The translations under genes and the position numbers were made by a program. The notes below the pieces were generated by a model. The model did no database searches. It was not told the origin of the DNA and saw nothing but the letters and a program-made list of their open reading frames with translations. This document shows positions 51,601-64,000 of a DNA stretch of 64,000 bases, in pieces. How positions within the stretch are numbered: the first letter of the stretch is position 1; the number at the start of each line of letters is the position of its first letter. Source of the stretch: Sphyrna mokarran (taxonomy: Eukaryota); NCBI GenBank assembly GCA_024679065.1, contig JAGIQG010000024.1:26288001-26352000 (forward strand), in the 5' to 3' direction.

Positions 51601-52706
51601 CTATTCACCTTGTATATAGGGAGCAGCAGCTCTATGACAAACATCACAGGATGGCAAATAGCTTGAAAAACGGATGCATTTGAAAAGCTGACTCGAATAC
51701 TGACTGTTCTAAGAAGCATTTGGAAGCACTATTCTTCTATCACGTTTGGAGACATTTTACAAATCAACACCATCTATTTGCTTCAATAAACTAAGTGTAG
51801 AAATGTTTCTTGTCGCTTGTGATTAGATGAAAAATATGTGACCAAAACAGAAAATTGCTGTAAACTTGAAAGGCCCAAGTTTAAAAATGTTTTAGATATT
51901 TTCTGATCTGTTTTTCACAAGATATTAAGTATGTCAACCACTTTGAAGCAAAAGGATGGCATGGCGTAACAGTATAACTAAAATGGAAATACGCAACATC
52001 ATGCACACAATTATCCTAATTCCTCAAATTTAGTTTTGTCATTAGAGGAGCTCTCAGTGGAAGAGAATAAAATATATAAGCAATCACTTTTAACACAGTT
52101 AAACATTACCTGGCAGTCAGTTCAAGAGAAAAAACTGGATGAAGGCTGTCTGCTTGCACTCTTGGATAGAGACCATCAAGAAATCAATAACAAAACAGAA
52201 GTTTCCTAAAATAGAAGTTTATATTCTGCAGCAGTAAAAGTCTTGGAATTTCAGTCCCCAATGTGACAGAGAAGGCTCAATTTTAAAAAAAGAATCCTAA
52301 CCTCAAAATTAGTGTTTTAACTTAGGTGCAATTAAAAAAAACTCACTCTTGCAGAATATTAAGTAACACTTTTTAAAATGCGTACATTTTAACTCATTCA
52401 CTACTAAGGATAGGATTGGGCTTTGTTCCAATTCCATTTCTTGACGCTAGGAAGCTGGCAGATGGTGTCTTTATGCACTGTGCACAATGGATGTCGGGCT
52501 TTAATAATTGACAACACAATGGCAACAGAATAAATGAATTAAAAGGCGTGATTAAAGTTTGCATCTTTGAACTGAAAAAAGCCTTTGGTTACTTATTGTG
52601 TAATTTTCCTCATTTGAATTCAATAACTAGTTTTATTAAAGCATTCCAAGCAGTTCAAAACCAAAAACAGAAAATAAAAAAAGTTTTGAGTTTCTTAATT
52701 GTTTAC

Positions 52707-52791
52707 CTGTAGTTTGTTTCAGTAAAGCCTGTCCATTTTTAATGGCTTGATCGACATTCTTCTTCCGGGATATAATGTCATCATTCAAAGC
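52707..52791 (-). CDS. MACF1: MACF1 exon (ALNDDIISRKKNVDQAIKNGQALLKQTT)
   Basis: 85 nt, phase 0-1. Confidence 0.94.
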
Positions 52792-53935
52792 CTACAAAGA
52801 GATCATAGCAGCTGCTTAATAAAAGGATGGTGAGGTTTCTACGGAAACATCATTCCTGCTTCTCATGACTTTAATGCTAAGGGGTCCAAAAAGGACTGAA
52901 TCTGAATCGTAGCCAAATGCAAGTAAAATTACAGAGCAGCTGCCTTGATCTGTGAGAATTGCTGTGAAATGAGCAGCAATTCCTCAGAATCCATGCTTAC
53001 AATTTTTCATCACAAAATTATTTTAAGTCAGCATTAGATTATGTTGGTAACAGCATAGTCGTTTTATGAATTATGTTGTTTTACAAGCCACATGTATTTG
53101 ACTTTAAAGCTATGAATCAAATAGTTCAAAATGAAAAGATTAAAATGGAATGATCAAAAAAGTGCAATTAGCAGATGAGCTAAAAATAATTTTTTTTTAG
53201 AAAAATCGATTTGCCTATAGAGTTACACTAAAATATTGATTGTTTAATGATTAACTTCTCAAATATTGGTCTATGGAGCCCTTTGGCCTATCAGTTGAAC
53301 AACTCAATGTTGGCATTCATGGATATCATGAACTAAATGCTTATGCTAAATGTATTTACATCCATATCTTAGATTGGTAAATATTTTTATTCTATTCTTT
53401 AGAATGCAACAATTAAATAGTCTAAGTATAATCAAAGAGAACTAACTTCTAACAGTAACATTCCTGTGCAAATCATATAAAACAGATCGATAAGATGGAC
53501 AAAGAGGCACCATTGTTGTTTCACTTTAGTCTCCATCTTATACGCATATACTTTAGGCTACATGAATTTGATTTCATATTTCAGTGTATGTTATTTTATT
53601 TTAAAACATTTACAAGCAATGCAATATGAAGACAAATAGTGAAATCTAAAAGTGTAGAGTAAGAGGAATAACAAATGCAACAGTAAGAAGATATTCAGGA
53701 ATTTAATATGTGAAGTGTAATTTCTTAGGATTTAAAAAATAGCAAGATGATTGAGGCAAGTTACTTTATTGCAACCTTTATGAAGATAATTTAGAAACAA
53801 ATGTTAAAATTGAACCAAAGAAACAAAAAAAAATTAAAAATCAAAATGATATAAAAAACTAATAAAATTGGTGGTGTGAATTAAATTAACCAAATTAATG
53901 CAACAGAAGAAAAACTTTAAAATAAAATGAAATAC

Positions 53936-54262
53936 CAGCTGCTCTGTGTGCTGTTTGTGCAGGATGTCAGATTTGTAATCTTTGATGGTCACCAGACTGA
54001 GCTTGTCCTGAACATCAGCCAGCCAGTTCAACACCTCCACTTCTTCCTCTCCAAAGATCTTGGCATTAGCAAGGGCTTGTTGGAGCAAAGCTGCCTTTCG
54101 GCTGCACCTGTCCCCAATCTCCCTATACTGAGTCTGGATAGACTCCAATTTGTCCTCTACCATCTCCTGGTCTGCTTTTGCGCTCAACGTCATGAGAAAC
54201 TGGCCGACACTGACTGCCTGTTGGATGTTCTGACTTTGATTTGTGATGTCGTCCTCTAAAGC
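53936..54262 (-). CDS. MACF1: MACF1 exon encoding one full 109-aa repeat unit (ALEDDITNQ...HTEQL)
   Basis: 327 nt, phase 0-0. Confidence 0.93.
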
Positions 54263-56629
54263 CTGAACCAAGGATAAAATTATAGCATAAAGAAAACATG
54301 ATTATGAATTGAAAATTTTTAACAAAATAAATTTCAACAAAAATGAAACACATTGCACCTTTAACATGGCATACCTTTCCATGGTGTCGCAAAAAGAGAA
54401 AAAGGAACTGGGAACATCTTTAATTTAATCTAGATCAGATACCATTTATACAGGATTTAGCAGAGGAAACATTAGGCCTTAAATCTGCAATGGCCAGTTT
54501 AATCCAAAAATAAAATCAGTTATTTTCTTAGCTGATAACAAATTTGACAAAGGATTGCAGTTAGTGTAGCTGAGAGAGAAAATCTGGACCAAAATTATAT
54601 TAAACTGGCCAGGACAAAAAAATCTTGATGCAACTTCAAAAACGTTTTCGAATTTGCTTTGAAGCCAAAAATGAACATAATAACAAATGACCTGTCTGAA
54701 TACAAGAAAGCAAACATCTGCAAAGCTAATTCTTCCCAATCTATAATGCAGGAAACATCTTAATACTTTGTTACTGTTTTTTGTATGCAACATTTCTACA
54801 TTAGTAATATATAAATAAAAACATGCCCATAATATATAAACACTGTCAATTCCACAATCACTAGGAACGGAATTGAGATTGGCTAACAGGTTAATTTTTA
54901 ACTTTATTTTTAAAGTCAGGCACTTTAATTCCATTAATTTTGGTGTTTGGATTTTCACCTATATTCTAAAGATGACAACTGGATGCTACTAGTTCATACT
55001 ATTCATACCTTTATGTCTCTTTCAACCATTATCACTTGTGCTTAATGTGGCAGACACAGCGAAGAGTGGAGTTACCCTAACATTCTCATGAATACTGTTC
55101 ACTAATAACCAAAGTGGCAAGAAAACATAGATGACTGATCTTAAAAGTATTTCACTGTTTGCAAAATAAAATTCACCATAGATGCAGGACAGTACTCTCT
55201 ATCTGAGTGCAATCAATTAGCACAGCTAAGTTGCAATAATTAAGAATTTAATACAGTCTCAGTTTCTCCAATAGGTTGACTATCTAGTGAATGACTGAGC
55301 CAAAGAAATCAGCAAGTTTTAGGTCTTATGCTAGGAGTTAGTTAGCCTCAGCTAGGGCAGGAATAGGACTTCTGGCTCATGCAGACAGAAATCAAGCAGG
55401 ATTCCATTCCTTGATGGTGAATCTAGTTTGACGCTCATATTTGCGGGTTTTGAGCAAAGACGGCATTGGCTTGAGCATGAAGTCCACTGGTAATGTAGCC
55501 TGCTGAAAATTACTTCCATTAATTCTAACAGGAATAAAAGTCACTTGAGTGGGGCATTAAAATATACTTGTGGAACCTTATCTCAGCAAAAATTCAATGC
55601 ATTCAGAAGAGCAGAGAAAACTAGCAACATGAAAAAGGGAATAATCTCAAGAACCACTGAGTGGGGCCCAATATTTATTGAAAGTGAGGATGGGGCAGGG
55701 TTGAAAGAGTTTCATTAAAGTTACAGTCGAGAATTATTTTTAATAGATACATTGAACATAAAAGTAATGATTTTTTGCAATATTAGAAAAACCTATTATT
55801 AAGTTCTTTGCAATAGCAGGTAAAGCTACATTACTTTCATTTAGGGAGTTAACAGGCAATGTATTGAGACACAACAGGTGGTTTTGTGAAAATGAAAGAT
55901 AGTTTGGATAAGTCTGAATGAGTGATACATGTACACGTATACAGAAAAAGTTCTCGCTAAGGATAAATCTAATTGGATCTGATTTTAGATCAAATCAATA
56001 AACCAGATTCTGGCATGTCGCCAACAAAAGTAGTAATTCTTCCATCAGTTGAATGGCATTGTGAAAACTTGGCTTACTCCCAGCTTATTTTCTCTTTCTA
56101 GTGTTTCCTTGTCATCCATTAAAAACAAAACAGAAAAAAAAGTTTGAACTCTTCTCAGTCCAAACAAAAGGAAGCTTGTTTTTCTTTCTCATACCATCAC
56201 AGCATTTGACAAGTGTTGTTATGGTGAGGGAAGGGGACAAAAAGGTGATTGGGTTGGATTTTCATTTCAACATTTCATTTACTTAAAACCAAAAAGACTC
56301 CTGCACATTTTTGCAAATCACTGCAAATACATATATTTATACACAAGGAACATGGTGCATTATTTCCTTTCCAGGATGATTGTTGTTTTTTCAAAATGGT
56401 GAAGGAACTGCAGAGTGAGGATATTTTGCAATTATAAAGTCCAAATGTGACTTCAATAGAACAAAGTTAGTGCCGATTCTGATGCACTGTGAACAAAAGA
56501 ATACACAAAACTTGCATGTTTTATTTACTATGAAAAATAAAGTATGAAAATGTAATAATTTTACAATGTTTAAGGCTAAACCAGTAAAATGCCACAAATG
56601 AAGTTATACCATGGGATGATGCCACTTAC

Positions 56630-56789
56630 CTTATGGCGGGTAATTTGCTGCTGTATTTTAGCAGTTTGAGTTCCTACAGGTTCAGAGTTGGCCAATTTCT
56701 TCTCCTTGCTGGTTAACCACTCATTCAAGGGCTCCACTGTCTCGTGGAACTGCTTTGCAATGACTAATATATCCTCTAACTGGCTCTGC
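56630..56789 (-). CDS. MACF1: MACF1 exon ([16 protein letters not shown]...QITRHK)
   Basis: 160 nt, phase 2-0. Confidence 0.94.
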
Positions 56790-58572
56790 CTGCGTGAACA
56801 CAAAGCACATGGTCTCCAACTGCTTAAATATTATTGTGGTGCAAACATTTACACAAACAGCACGAGAAATTATTCACGGTGACTGCATTCAATTAAACAA
56901 AATCTTAATAGCCTTATTCTTAAACATAGTTTAAAATGTGTGGGCATGTAAACTGGAGGACTAGATAATGTGCACAAATACATTACATGTGGTGCAAAGA
57001 GAGGTGCGAGCGTAAGAAGAAGTCGGTATGAATACTTGACTGGGGCAAACTGACAGGCAACAGAATAAATGACTGTTCAAATGATTATGTGCACAGACTA
57101 TTGAATTATGGTTACATTCACTGATTTCTTTCTCCCCCCCCTCAGATGTTGCATATGTTCATGCAACAGCAGAGTACATTTTTGTAAATGGATGTAGAAT
57201 ATTTTTCTAATGAGAGCATCTGATTTATTTTAATGAGTAAAGACAATATTTATTAAATGTTATAGCTGCTGCTGTTTTGCTCTTTGGGGAGCATGTTATA
57301 TGGTTAACACATATTAAGTTTTCTTCGAAGCCGAATCTTTGGATAAATATAGGTTTTGGATTTGTAAGGTCTATAATCAGATGTTCAAGTTTGATAGCTT
57401 TAGTTATTAAGCAGAGTGAAGATTCCATTATAGCATTCAGAAGGCACTTTCTCTTACAAAGCTACCAGTGATTCAGATACACATCTAGTATTACTGCAGC
57501 CTGGGATCAAATATACAACACCCTCACTATACAACCATGGATTTAGAAGAATTCACTCAACTATAGGGAAAAGGAAGTAATAAATCACATAAAATGACAA
57601 CTATTGAAATCGACCTTCTTTGCATCTGTGCACAGATATCCCTTTGCAAATGGCAATATAGCTGTTTGATTTTTTAAAAAATGGATTTGTTCATACTAAA
57701 TGTGATGCTCATCCCTAGCATTTTATAGGATTTTGGAATAGGAGTGAGGAAATGGTTTTGCGTCAATGTGTTTTTTTCAGTAGAAACAGTTGACCATTTG
57801 TCTTCCACCAATGCTCAAACATCTAACAGATAGTGCAATGATATGAATGGATCTATAGATTTTAAATGGAATAAAGCTATTAAGTTGGGTTTGTTTTAAG
57901 TTGTTGTAATCCAGTTGACAGAGACTGGTCTGCACAGCTGTGCATGCACATATGCAGGCAAGTGTTTAGAAGTCCAATAGTCATCACAATAAAAGCTTTC
58001 CTCCACATTTGATGAGGTGTGGTAAAATCTCACCACTGATTCATACAAGCTGCTCATACAAATGTTTGCAAAATAAACATCTCAAGGTTTTGTTGAATTC
58101 AGATGGAACAAGTGTCTGCTTTGCTTTTTATGCATTTTCTGTATTCTTTACATGTATGTAATTAACCAAACCAACAATTTGGAAATCTTTTCTGCTTCCA
58201 ATCTTTTTCCTTTAATATTTCATTGGTACAATGAAACCTAAAAATTTAAAAATATTAAAATTCTAGTTTTGCTCAACTGACTTTACTGTTGTTTGTTCTA
58301 TCTTTCTATGGTACTGATAAGAAAGCTGGGCATTCACAACATATTTATATTCAAAGTCAAGAAAACACAATTCATCAAAACTAGACTGTATTAATGTATC
58401 TCAGTTTTGACTTCAAACTCTCCATGACTGACTAAGAATGACTATGGTGGGAACTTATAATTTTGGAAAACTGAAATCTTTCCACAAAGCTGTTTAAAAA
58501 ACATTTTGATTTACACACACAGCAAACATAATGGTTTTGTCTTTCCCGTATGAATATGAAAAGATCTTGTAC

Positions 58573-58739
58573 CTTGCTGCAGCCTTGCTGAGCAAACCAT
58601 CCCATCTCTCTCCCAGACTCTGTAGTTGTTTTTGAATCTTTTCTTTTTCAGCTGTTTCTGCTGACTCTGCTATTCTCTCCCCTTCTGCCTTGATAATCTC
58701 CACTGTGGATTTGCGATCATCCAGTAGTCTTTGCAAGAG
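58573..58739 (-). CDS. MACF1: MACF1 exon ([13 protein letters not shown]...LSKAAA)
   Basis: 167 nt, phase 0-2. Confidence 0.94.
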
Positions 58740-59269
58740 CTGGGCAAAAGAAAAGCAAAAATGACAACAATTGCCAAGAGGCTTTACATTTAAACCTCAT
58801 TTTTGTGGAACACTGCTAAAGCAACTGCCCTGGGAGGCTGCTACATGTACAAGCATTTCTGAACTTCTTTATGCTTTCCACATTCTTTGTATTCTTGAGT
58901 TTTATAGAATGCTGGGCATTTTAAGAAAAAAATAAGTCCTTGGTTTATACCAGATTTTCAATCCCATATGATGCCACAATAAACCAAAATAAAAATAGTT
59001 ACTTCTTCCTCTCACTATACAAGACAGCTGCTTGACCTGCTATGTGCTTGTCTACGCACAGGGAGGGAATGGACGAAAAATAAATACAAAAAGTGCTTTG
59101 AAGTCTTGCCAACACTTAACACCTTGAAAAGAGTTCATTGCTTGATTTCACTGAGTTGGTTAGCCCTTCAGTCCAGTCTGATGCAACAGCAAGTTCCCAG
59201 TCATGCTTGCCACAGACAGATTAGATCTTGTTGCAGGTATTCCAGCTTTTTTGAATGTACAAGCTGCGA

Positions 59270-59980
59270 ACAAAGAACATTAGGCCATTCGGCCCCTCAA
59301 GCCTGCTCCACCATTCCATAAGATCATGGATGATCTGATTGTGGCCTCAATTTCATATTCTGTCTCCTCCAGATGTCTTTCAATTCCACTGTTCAAGTAT
59401 TTGTCTGCCTCTGCCTTAAAAACATTCAACGATCCTGTCTTCGCTGTTTTCTGGGGAGAAGAATTTCATAGATTCTCAACTCCCAAAGAAAAAAATTCTT
59501 CTCATTTCTGTCTTAAATGGGAGACCCCTTATTTTTAAATTCTGCCCCCAGTTCTCCTCTCTACCATAAAGAGAGCATCCTTTCAGAATTCACCATGTAA
59601 AGTCCCCTCAGAATCTTACGTTTCAATAAAATCACCTCTCATTTTTCTTAACTCCCATGGACAGGTACAGCTTACATCAATTCTCATCCCCTATCACAGC
59701 AATAATTCAAGTGAACCTTTTCTGAATTGCTCCTTACAGATTTATTTATATCCTTTCTTAAATGAAACCAAAAACGTACACAGCACTCTGGATGTGGTCT
59801 CACCAACGTCCTCTACAACATCCCCACTTTTATATTTCATTCCCTTGCAATAAACATTGCATCTGCATTCATAATAACTTATTGTACCGGCATAATGTTT
59901 TGCGATTTGAGACAGGACACTCAGACCTCTCTGTCTGCAATCTCTCTCCATTTAAGTAACATGATATTAAGTTCACGTTT
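59270..59980 (-). mobile_element. CR1 LINE 3' fragment
   Basis: GMKYKSGDV and reverse 3' UTR gccattcggcccctcaagcctgctcc. Confidence 0.8.
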
Positions 59981-60221
59981 CCTATCTTATATTCCATATG
60001 CTAACTTCCCTACAGCTGCATTGCCTTAACTCCAAAAATATACATCAACAAACCTTAGCACACTCTCAAGTTCAATGCAGATCAAATATTTTCTTTATAC
60101 AAAAAAATTTTTTATAGCATTTTCAAAATCACTTCAGAAATGATTAAATATAAGGAAAGTAAATTGGATTAACAATATTTCAGGCCCCTTTAAAAACCAC
60201 ACACTAATAAGTGCATGAAGC

Positions 60222-60262
60222 AGGATTTTATGGCCTCGCTCGTCCTGAAACCATAAAATCCT
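60222..60262. repeat. Short perfect inverted repeat (12-bp arms), probably a MITE terminus
   Basis: aggattttatgg-N17-ccataaaatcct. Confidence 0.6.
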
Positions 60263-61429
60263 ACCCAAGGTCAGCTGATCTTCCCACGGTCCATCCCTCG
60301 CCCACTCTAATTCTGGTGGCGGATGGGGTCGTTCTGGCCATTATGTTCTGAGTGTTTTGTTAATACATGCAGTTAAGTATTCAGTACTGAATGGGTTCAA
60401 GAATACATTGTATATTTCACTGTTTTACAGACAGATTAGCTAGCTTGATAAATGCATAAATATGTCTCATAAATGTCCAAAGCTCCTGAAGCACTGAAGG
60501 GAAAAATAAACCATCAATCCGAATCCTTCTATTAGCAGTAAAGAACAATGGTTTGAAATAATGGAACCAGAAGTGCTGTCTGACCAATACAAACTCAGTA
60601 ATCAAGAACAAATTCAGTTAAGTATTAAACTCACATTAACTTCAGCACAAAACAGATCATCTTGAAAAACCTCCATGCGCCAATTTACGGCTTTTGCAAG
60701 CAGCAATAAATTAAAATTGCTTCAAACAATACATTTGACTTCATATTCTTGGAATTACAATAAAACACAATAGCTCATGTTATCTAGAATCTGCAAAAGA
60801 CTAGAAGTTATAATAAGAAAGCAAGTAGAAAAATCTCACTGCTATTCACTAACACAGGAGATGATTCAACAGAAACCGCTTGAGGTTCACAGTTGTTGCT
60901 ACAACAGCAACATCAAGGCTGGAATTCGGTAATAAGAAAATGCAGTACACAGTCCAAAATGCAAACATTTTACCAACAGTTCCTGCAACTGCAAGGGGAT
61001 TGAGATTTTGAAGGCAAATCATGTCAGTAAACAAATTATAACCATCAGCTAACTAAATCAGTCAATTTCAATTTAAAACTCTCCTGTCCCATTTGCACAG
61101 CTTTTTATTTTCTGGCACTACTCAGATAGTGAAAAACTTTGAAGCTGGAATAAATTTTAGAACAAGAAAACTGATGTGCTCTATTAAAAAAAAGCAACTG
61201 CTTTCATGAAAAGTTGTTTCACAAAAAAAAAACTCCCTTTTGCTTTAAGGCAGGTGAAGCAAAAGAACAATGTGCCACTTTCTCATGGTTATATTACATA
61301 CAAGTAACATGACAGGCATTTCAAACCTTCACACTGTATATCAGCAAAACAAAAAACTCAAACACCATATCGATGGCAGTGCTCTTTAAGAAATTATAGA
61401 AATATGGCACCGAGATAAGTTTTATTTTA

Positions 61430-61900
61430 CCAATGAACTGGAGAGAGGCATGGAAGAAAATGTAGCTGGTGTGACCAGTAAGTTTGCAGATGACACAAAG
61501 ATTGCTGGAGTCGCAGATAGTGATGAACATTGTCAGAGAATACAGCAGGACATAGATAAGCTGGAAAATTGGGCAGAGAAATGGCAGATGGAATTTTATC
61601 CAGATAAATGCAAAGTGATGCATTTCGGTAGATCTAATGTAGGGGAGAGCTGTGCAATAAATGGCAGAAACCATCAGAAGTATAGACAAGCAGAGGGATC
61701 TGGGTGTTCAAGTCCACTGATCCTTAAAAGTGGCAGCATAGGTGGAGAGGGTAGTGAAGAAGAAATATGGCATGCTTGCCTTTATTGATCGGGGCGTAGA
61801 GTACAAACGTTGATATATGATGTTGCAGTTATATAGAGCGTTGGTTAGGCCACGTCTGGAATATTGCGACCAGTTCTGGTCACCACACTACCAGAAGGAT
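61430..61900 (+). mobile_element. CR1 LINE ORF2 fragment
   Basis: SKFADDTKI...WQMEFYPDKCKVMHFG; LVRPRLEYCDQFWSPHYQKD. Confidence 0.9.
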
Positions 61901-62155
61901 AGTGATTTTTGCTATTCAGATTTGGCACAGATTCAGTGGATGGCCACTTGTTCATCTCTGATTACAGAACAAATGTCTCTTTGTAGTCTATACTCTAAAA
62001 ATAAAAAATGCAGCAGGGTTTTCTAAAAGTTTGTTCCATATTTCAAATTTCACCCGCATTAAAAATGCAGCTGCTAAAACATAAACCACCAATGTTCACG
62101 CTTATTTACTTAAAATAATTCAGATCAACTGACTCACTCCTACAATGTAAAATAC

Positions 62156-62326
62156 CTTCTGTTCTTGAATTTGTGCCTTCACCACTTTGTATTCTGCTGA
62201 TGGAGGTTTCTGATTGGCAATCAGTTCCTCAGTATCTGTAAGCCAGCTCAACAAAGGTTCCAAAGCATCCTGGAATTTTCCACGGTGCAACAGTGCTTCT
62301 TGTAACTGGGATATACGTTCTGCCAC
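62156..62326 (-). CDS. MACF1: MACF1 exon ([22 protein letters not shown]...QIQEQK)
   Basis: 171 nt, GT-AG. Confidence 0.94.
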
Positions 62327-62855
62327 CTGGGAAAAAAAACATTTCTTATTACACAATATGGTGTACTTTACTTTAGAGTTCCCCTGTAGAGATCCAAGCC
62401 TCTTAGAGGAAAAATTAAAAGAACACAATGAAGCCAAAGTGAAGGGGGAAGTAGTGATAAAGAAAGAAAAGCAACGTGGGCAGAGGAGCCCTGGGGGAAG
62501 AATGAGTAGAATGGGGGGGGGGGGGTTGCCTGCAGTTTTCATTTAAAAGCGATTGTGATTGCACTCCAAAGTAATTCGTTTCTCTTTGAGAAACATAAGG
62601 TGCTATATAAGAGCAGTATTTTTGAAAACATTTATTCGACTACTCATTGGACAAAAATATTTAGCTAACCAGGGCACTCAGTATGCCATTTCTAAAGGCC
62701 GAACCTTTTATTCTTTCAACTGATCATTGTTTAAACAAAATATGAATACAAAACATATTAAAGTTATAATTTTAAATCGGTCTTTCTTTAACTTCAATGA
62801 TTCTCTTATAACTCTAAAGAAAACATGTTCTTTTCTATACTTGGAAAGAACTGAC

Positions 62856-63017
62856 CTTTTTATTGAGTGTGTTCCATCTGGTGTTCATCTCATCCAGATC
62901 ATGTTCAAGTCCTTGGGTGTTGGCATTCTTTGCAGCACTCTGAATAAGACCCTGTCCCACCCCATTAGCCTGCTGAAGTTTGTACTGGATGGGGTCCACC
63001 TGAACTTTCTGGAATGT
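62856..63017 (-). CDS. MACF1: MACF1 exon ([19 protein letters not shown]...RWNTLNKK)
   Basis: 162 nt, tag / gtcagt; the next upstream exon was not found in the window. Confidence 0.93.
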
Positions 63018-64000
63018 CTAAAACAAAAGAATAATGAGAAACAAATCAGTCCACAATTCTGGTCATAATAACTCACCTTGAAATATTATGAAATAATACA
63101 ATTTTGCACAGAAATTGTATTGAGTCAATAAAAAGTTAAAATCACTTATTAAATATGCAAAAACACGTTCGGAACGCAGTACCATTGAAAGCTAAAGTCT
63201 AAGGCACAAAATATAAAAAGTGCATGAAGGTACGAAACTGGATAATGTTTGTTTTAAAAGGTCTGTATTTTACCAGGATTGTTATCAAAGATCAAAGCAA
63301 GCAAAGATTGAATCATAGTTTATATAAAAACAAAACCACCTCTCAAGTCCTCAGATAACACTCCCCCGAAACAAAAAAACTCTCAGTAATCAATAGATGG
63401 AAACAACTAAAACATTACCGAATCCCAATAATGGGCAATCTTCCTTAACCTTATGATGTCTAACAATCAAATACTTTCTAGCATTTTCTTGAGTTATGCT
63501 ATTCTTTACACATTACAGGTTCAGTAGTCAGAGAATCAAAGGAGCTTAGCTAATTTATATTTTATGTTTTATTTTTTAAGAATGAAAATCTAAATTGTCA
63601 TATTTGGTGAAATTATGAAGATCGTCTTAGGAAGTTATTTATAGATACTGCTAAAAGTAATTCTCTGTTTAACGCTTAAGAGTCTAACTGAAATAATTTC
63701 AACTCTCCTAGTAGAATCTTTGCAGCACAGATAATTTTCTTTACTAAATGAGTAATAGAATTTAAGTCATTTGTTCCCCCAAAAACTACAAGAGTTAAAA
63801 ACTTGATTTATTTCTTGATTTGGCCCAATTCTCTCAAGTTGGGTACAAAAGTTTCCCAAGTACAGAATTTATTTACATGGTCCTGGGAAGGAGAGGTAGA
63901 AATACATACCTAATTGTTTCAAGTGGGCTCTCACTGATGTAATGGATTTTGAGCCAAGTGTGCTTGTTTTTAGTGAAAAAAAAACTAGTAGTTTAAAAAA

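Larger units (their letters stand above)
2124..63017 (-). other. MACF1: Microtubule-actin crosslinking factor 1 (spectraplakin) gene span, partial; 36 traced exons plus 2 candidate microexons
   Basis: Exons join in frame with GT-AG sites. Residues such as [51 protein letters not shown] and AFSIDIIRHKDS fit MACF1 better than dystonin (from recall). Confidence 0.9.

Noticed and set aside
50395-54958. 159-aa ORFs at 50395-50874 and 54479-54958
   Set aside because: Low-complexity F/L/I/K translations of AT-rich intron or SINE sequence; no recognisable domains.
3320-62546. Many plus-strand ORFs overlapping exons (e.g. 3320, 10801, 31274, 44716, 53927, 62214)
   Set aside because: Antisense shadows of MACF1 coding exons; no independent gene structure.
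2124-63017. Gene could be dystonin (DST/BPAG1)
   Set aside because: Diagnostic residues (VAQCKC, IGENK, LEMTAV, YEQAAD, ALGPIRL, AFSIDII) favour MACF1. A phylogeny or synteny check would be decisive.
63018-63090. TTCAAG|gtgagt looks like the end of the preceding exon (...FK)
   Set aside because: In-frame TAA three codons upstream of the AAG, AT-rich non-coding context, and only 59 nt from the next acceptor.

Overview
Eukaryotic, AT-rich genomic DNA from a cartilaginous fish, probably a shark. The assignment rests on HE1-like V-SINEs, CR1 LINEs ending in TTCTATG tails and Penelope elements. The whole window lies inside one minus-strand spectraplakin gene that best matches MACF1/ACF7 rather than DST. 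I traced 36 GT-AG exons in one continuous frame (5916 nt, 1972 aa). They cover the distal spectrin-repeat rod, both EF-hands and the start of the GAR/GAS2 domain; the gene runs off both ends. Two candidate microexons are absent from the ORF track: 9 nt at 35092-35100 and 3 nt at 10430-10432. Introns hold CR1/L2 LINE fragments, SINEs, MITEs, probable solo LTRs and Penelope-derived inverted repeats with decayed hammerhead motifs. One intron also holds a decayed Gypsy element with Gmr1-like domain order (SCAN-like gag, protease, then integrase) and two nested CR1 insertions, one apparently young. I found no evidence of a wholly new biological system. The best leads are splice-regulatory architecture and retroelement structure. 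Orthology and repeat-family statements come from my recall of the families, not from searches. Repeat boundaries are approximate.
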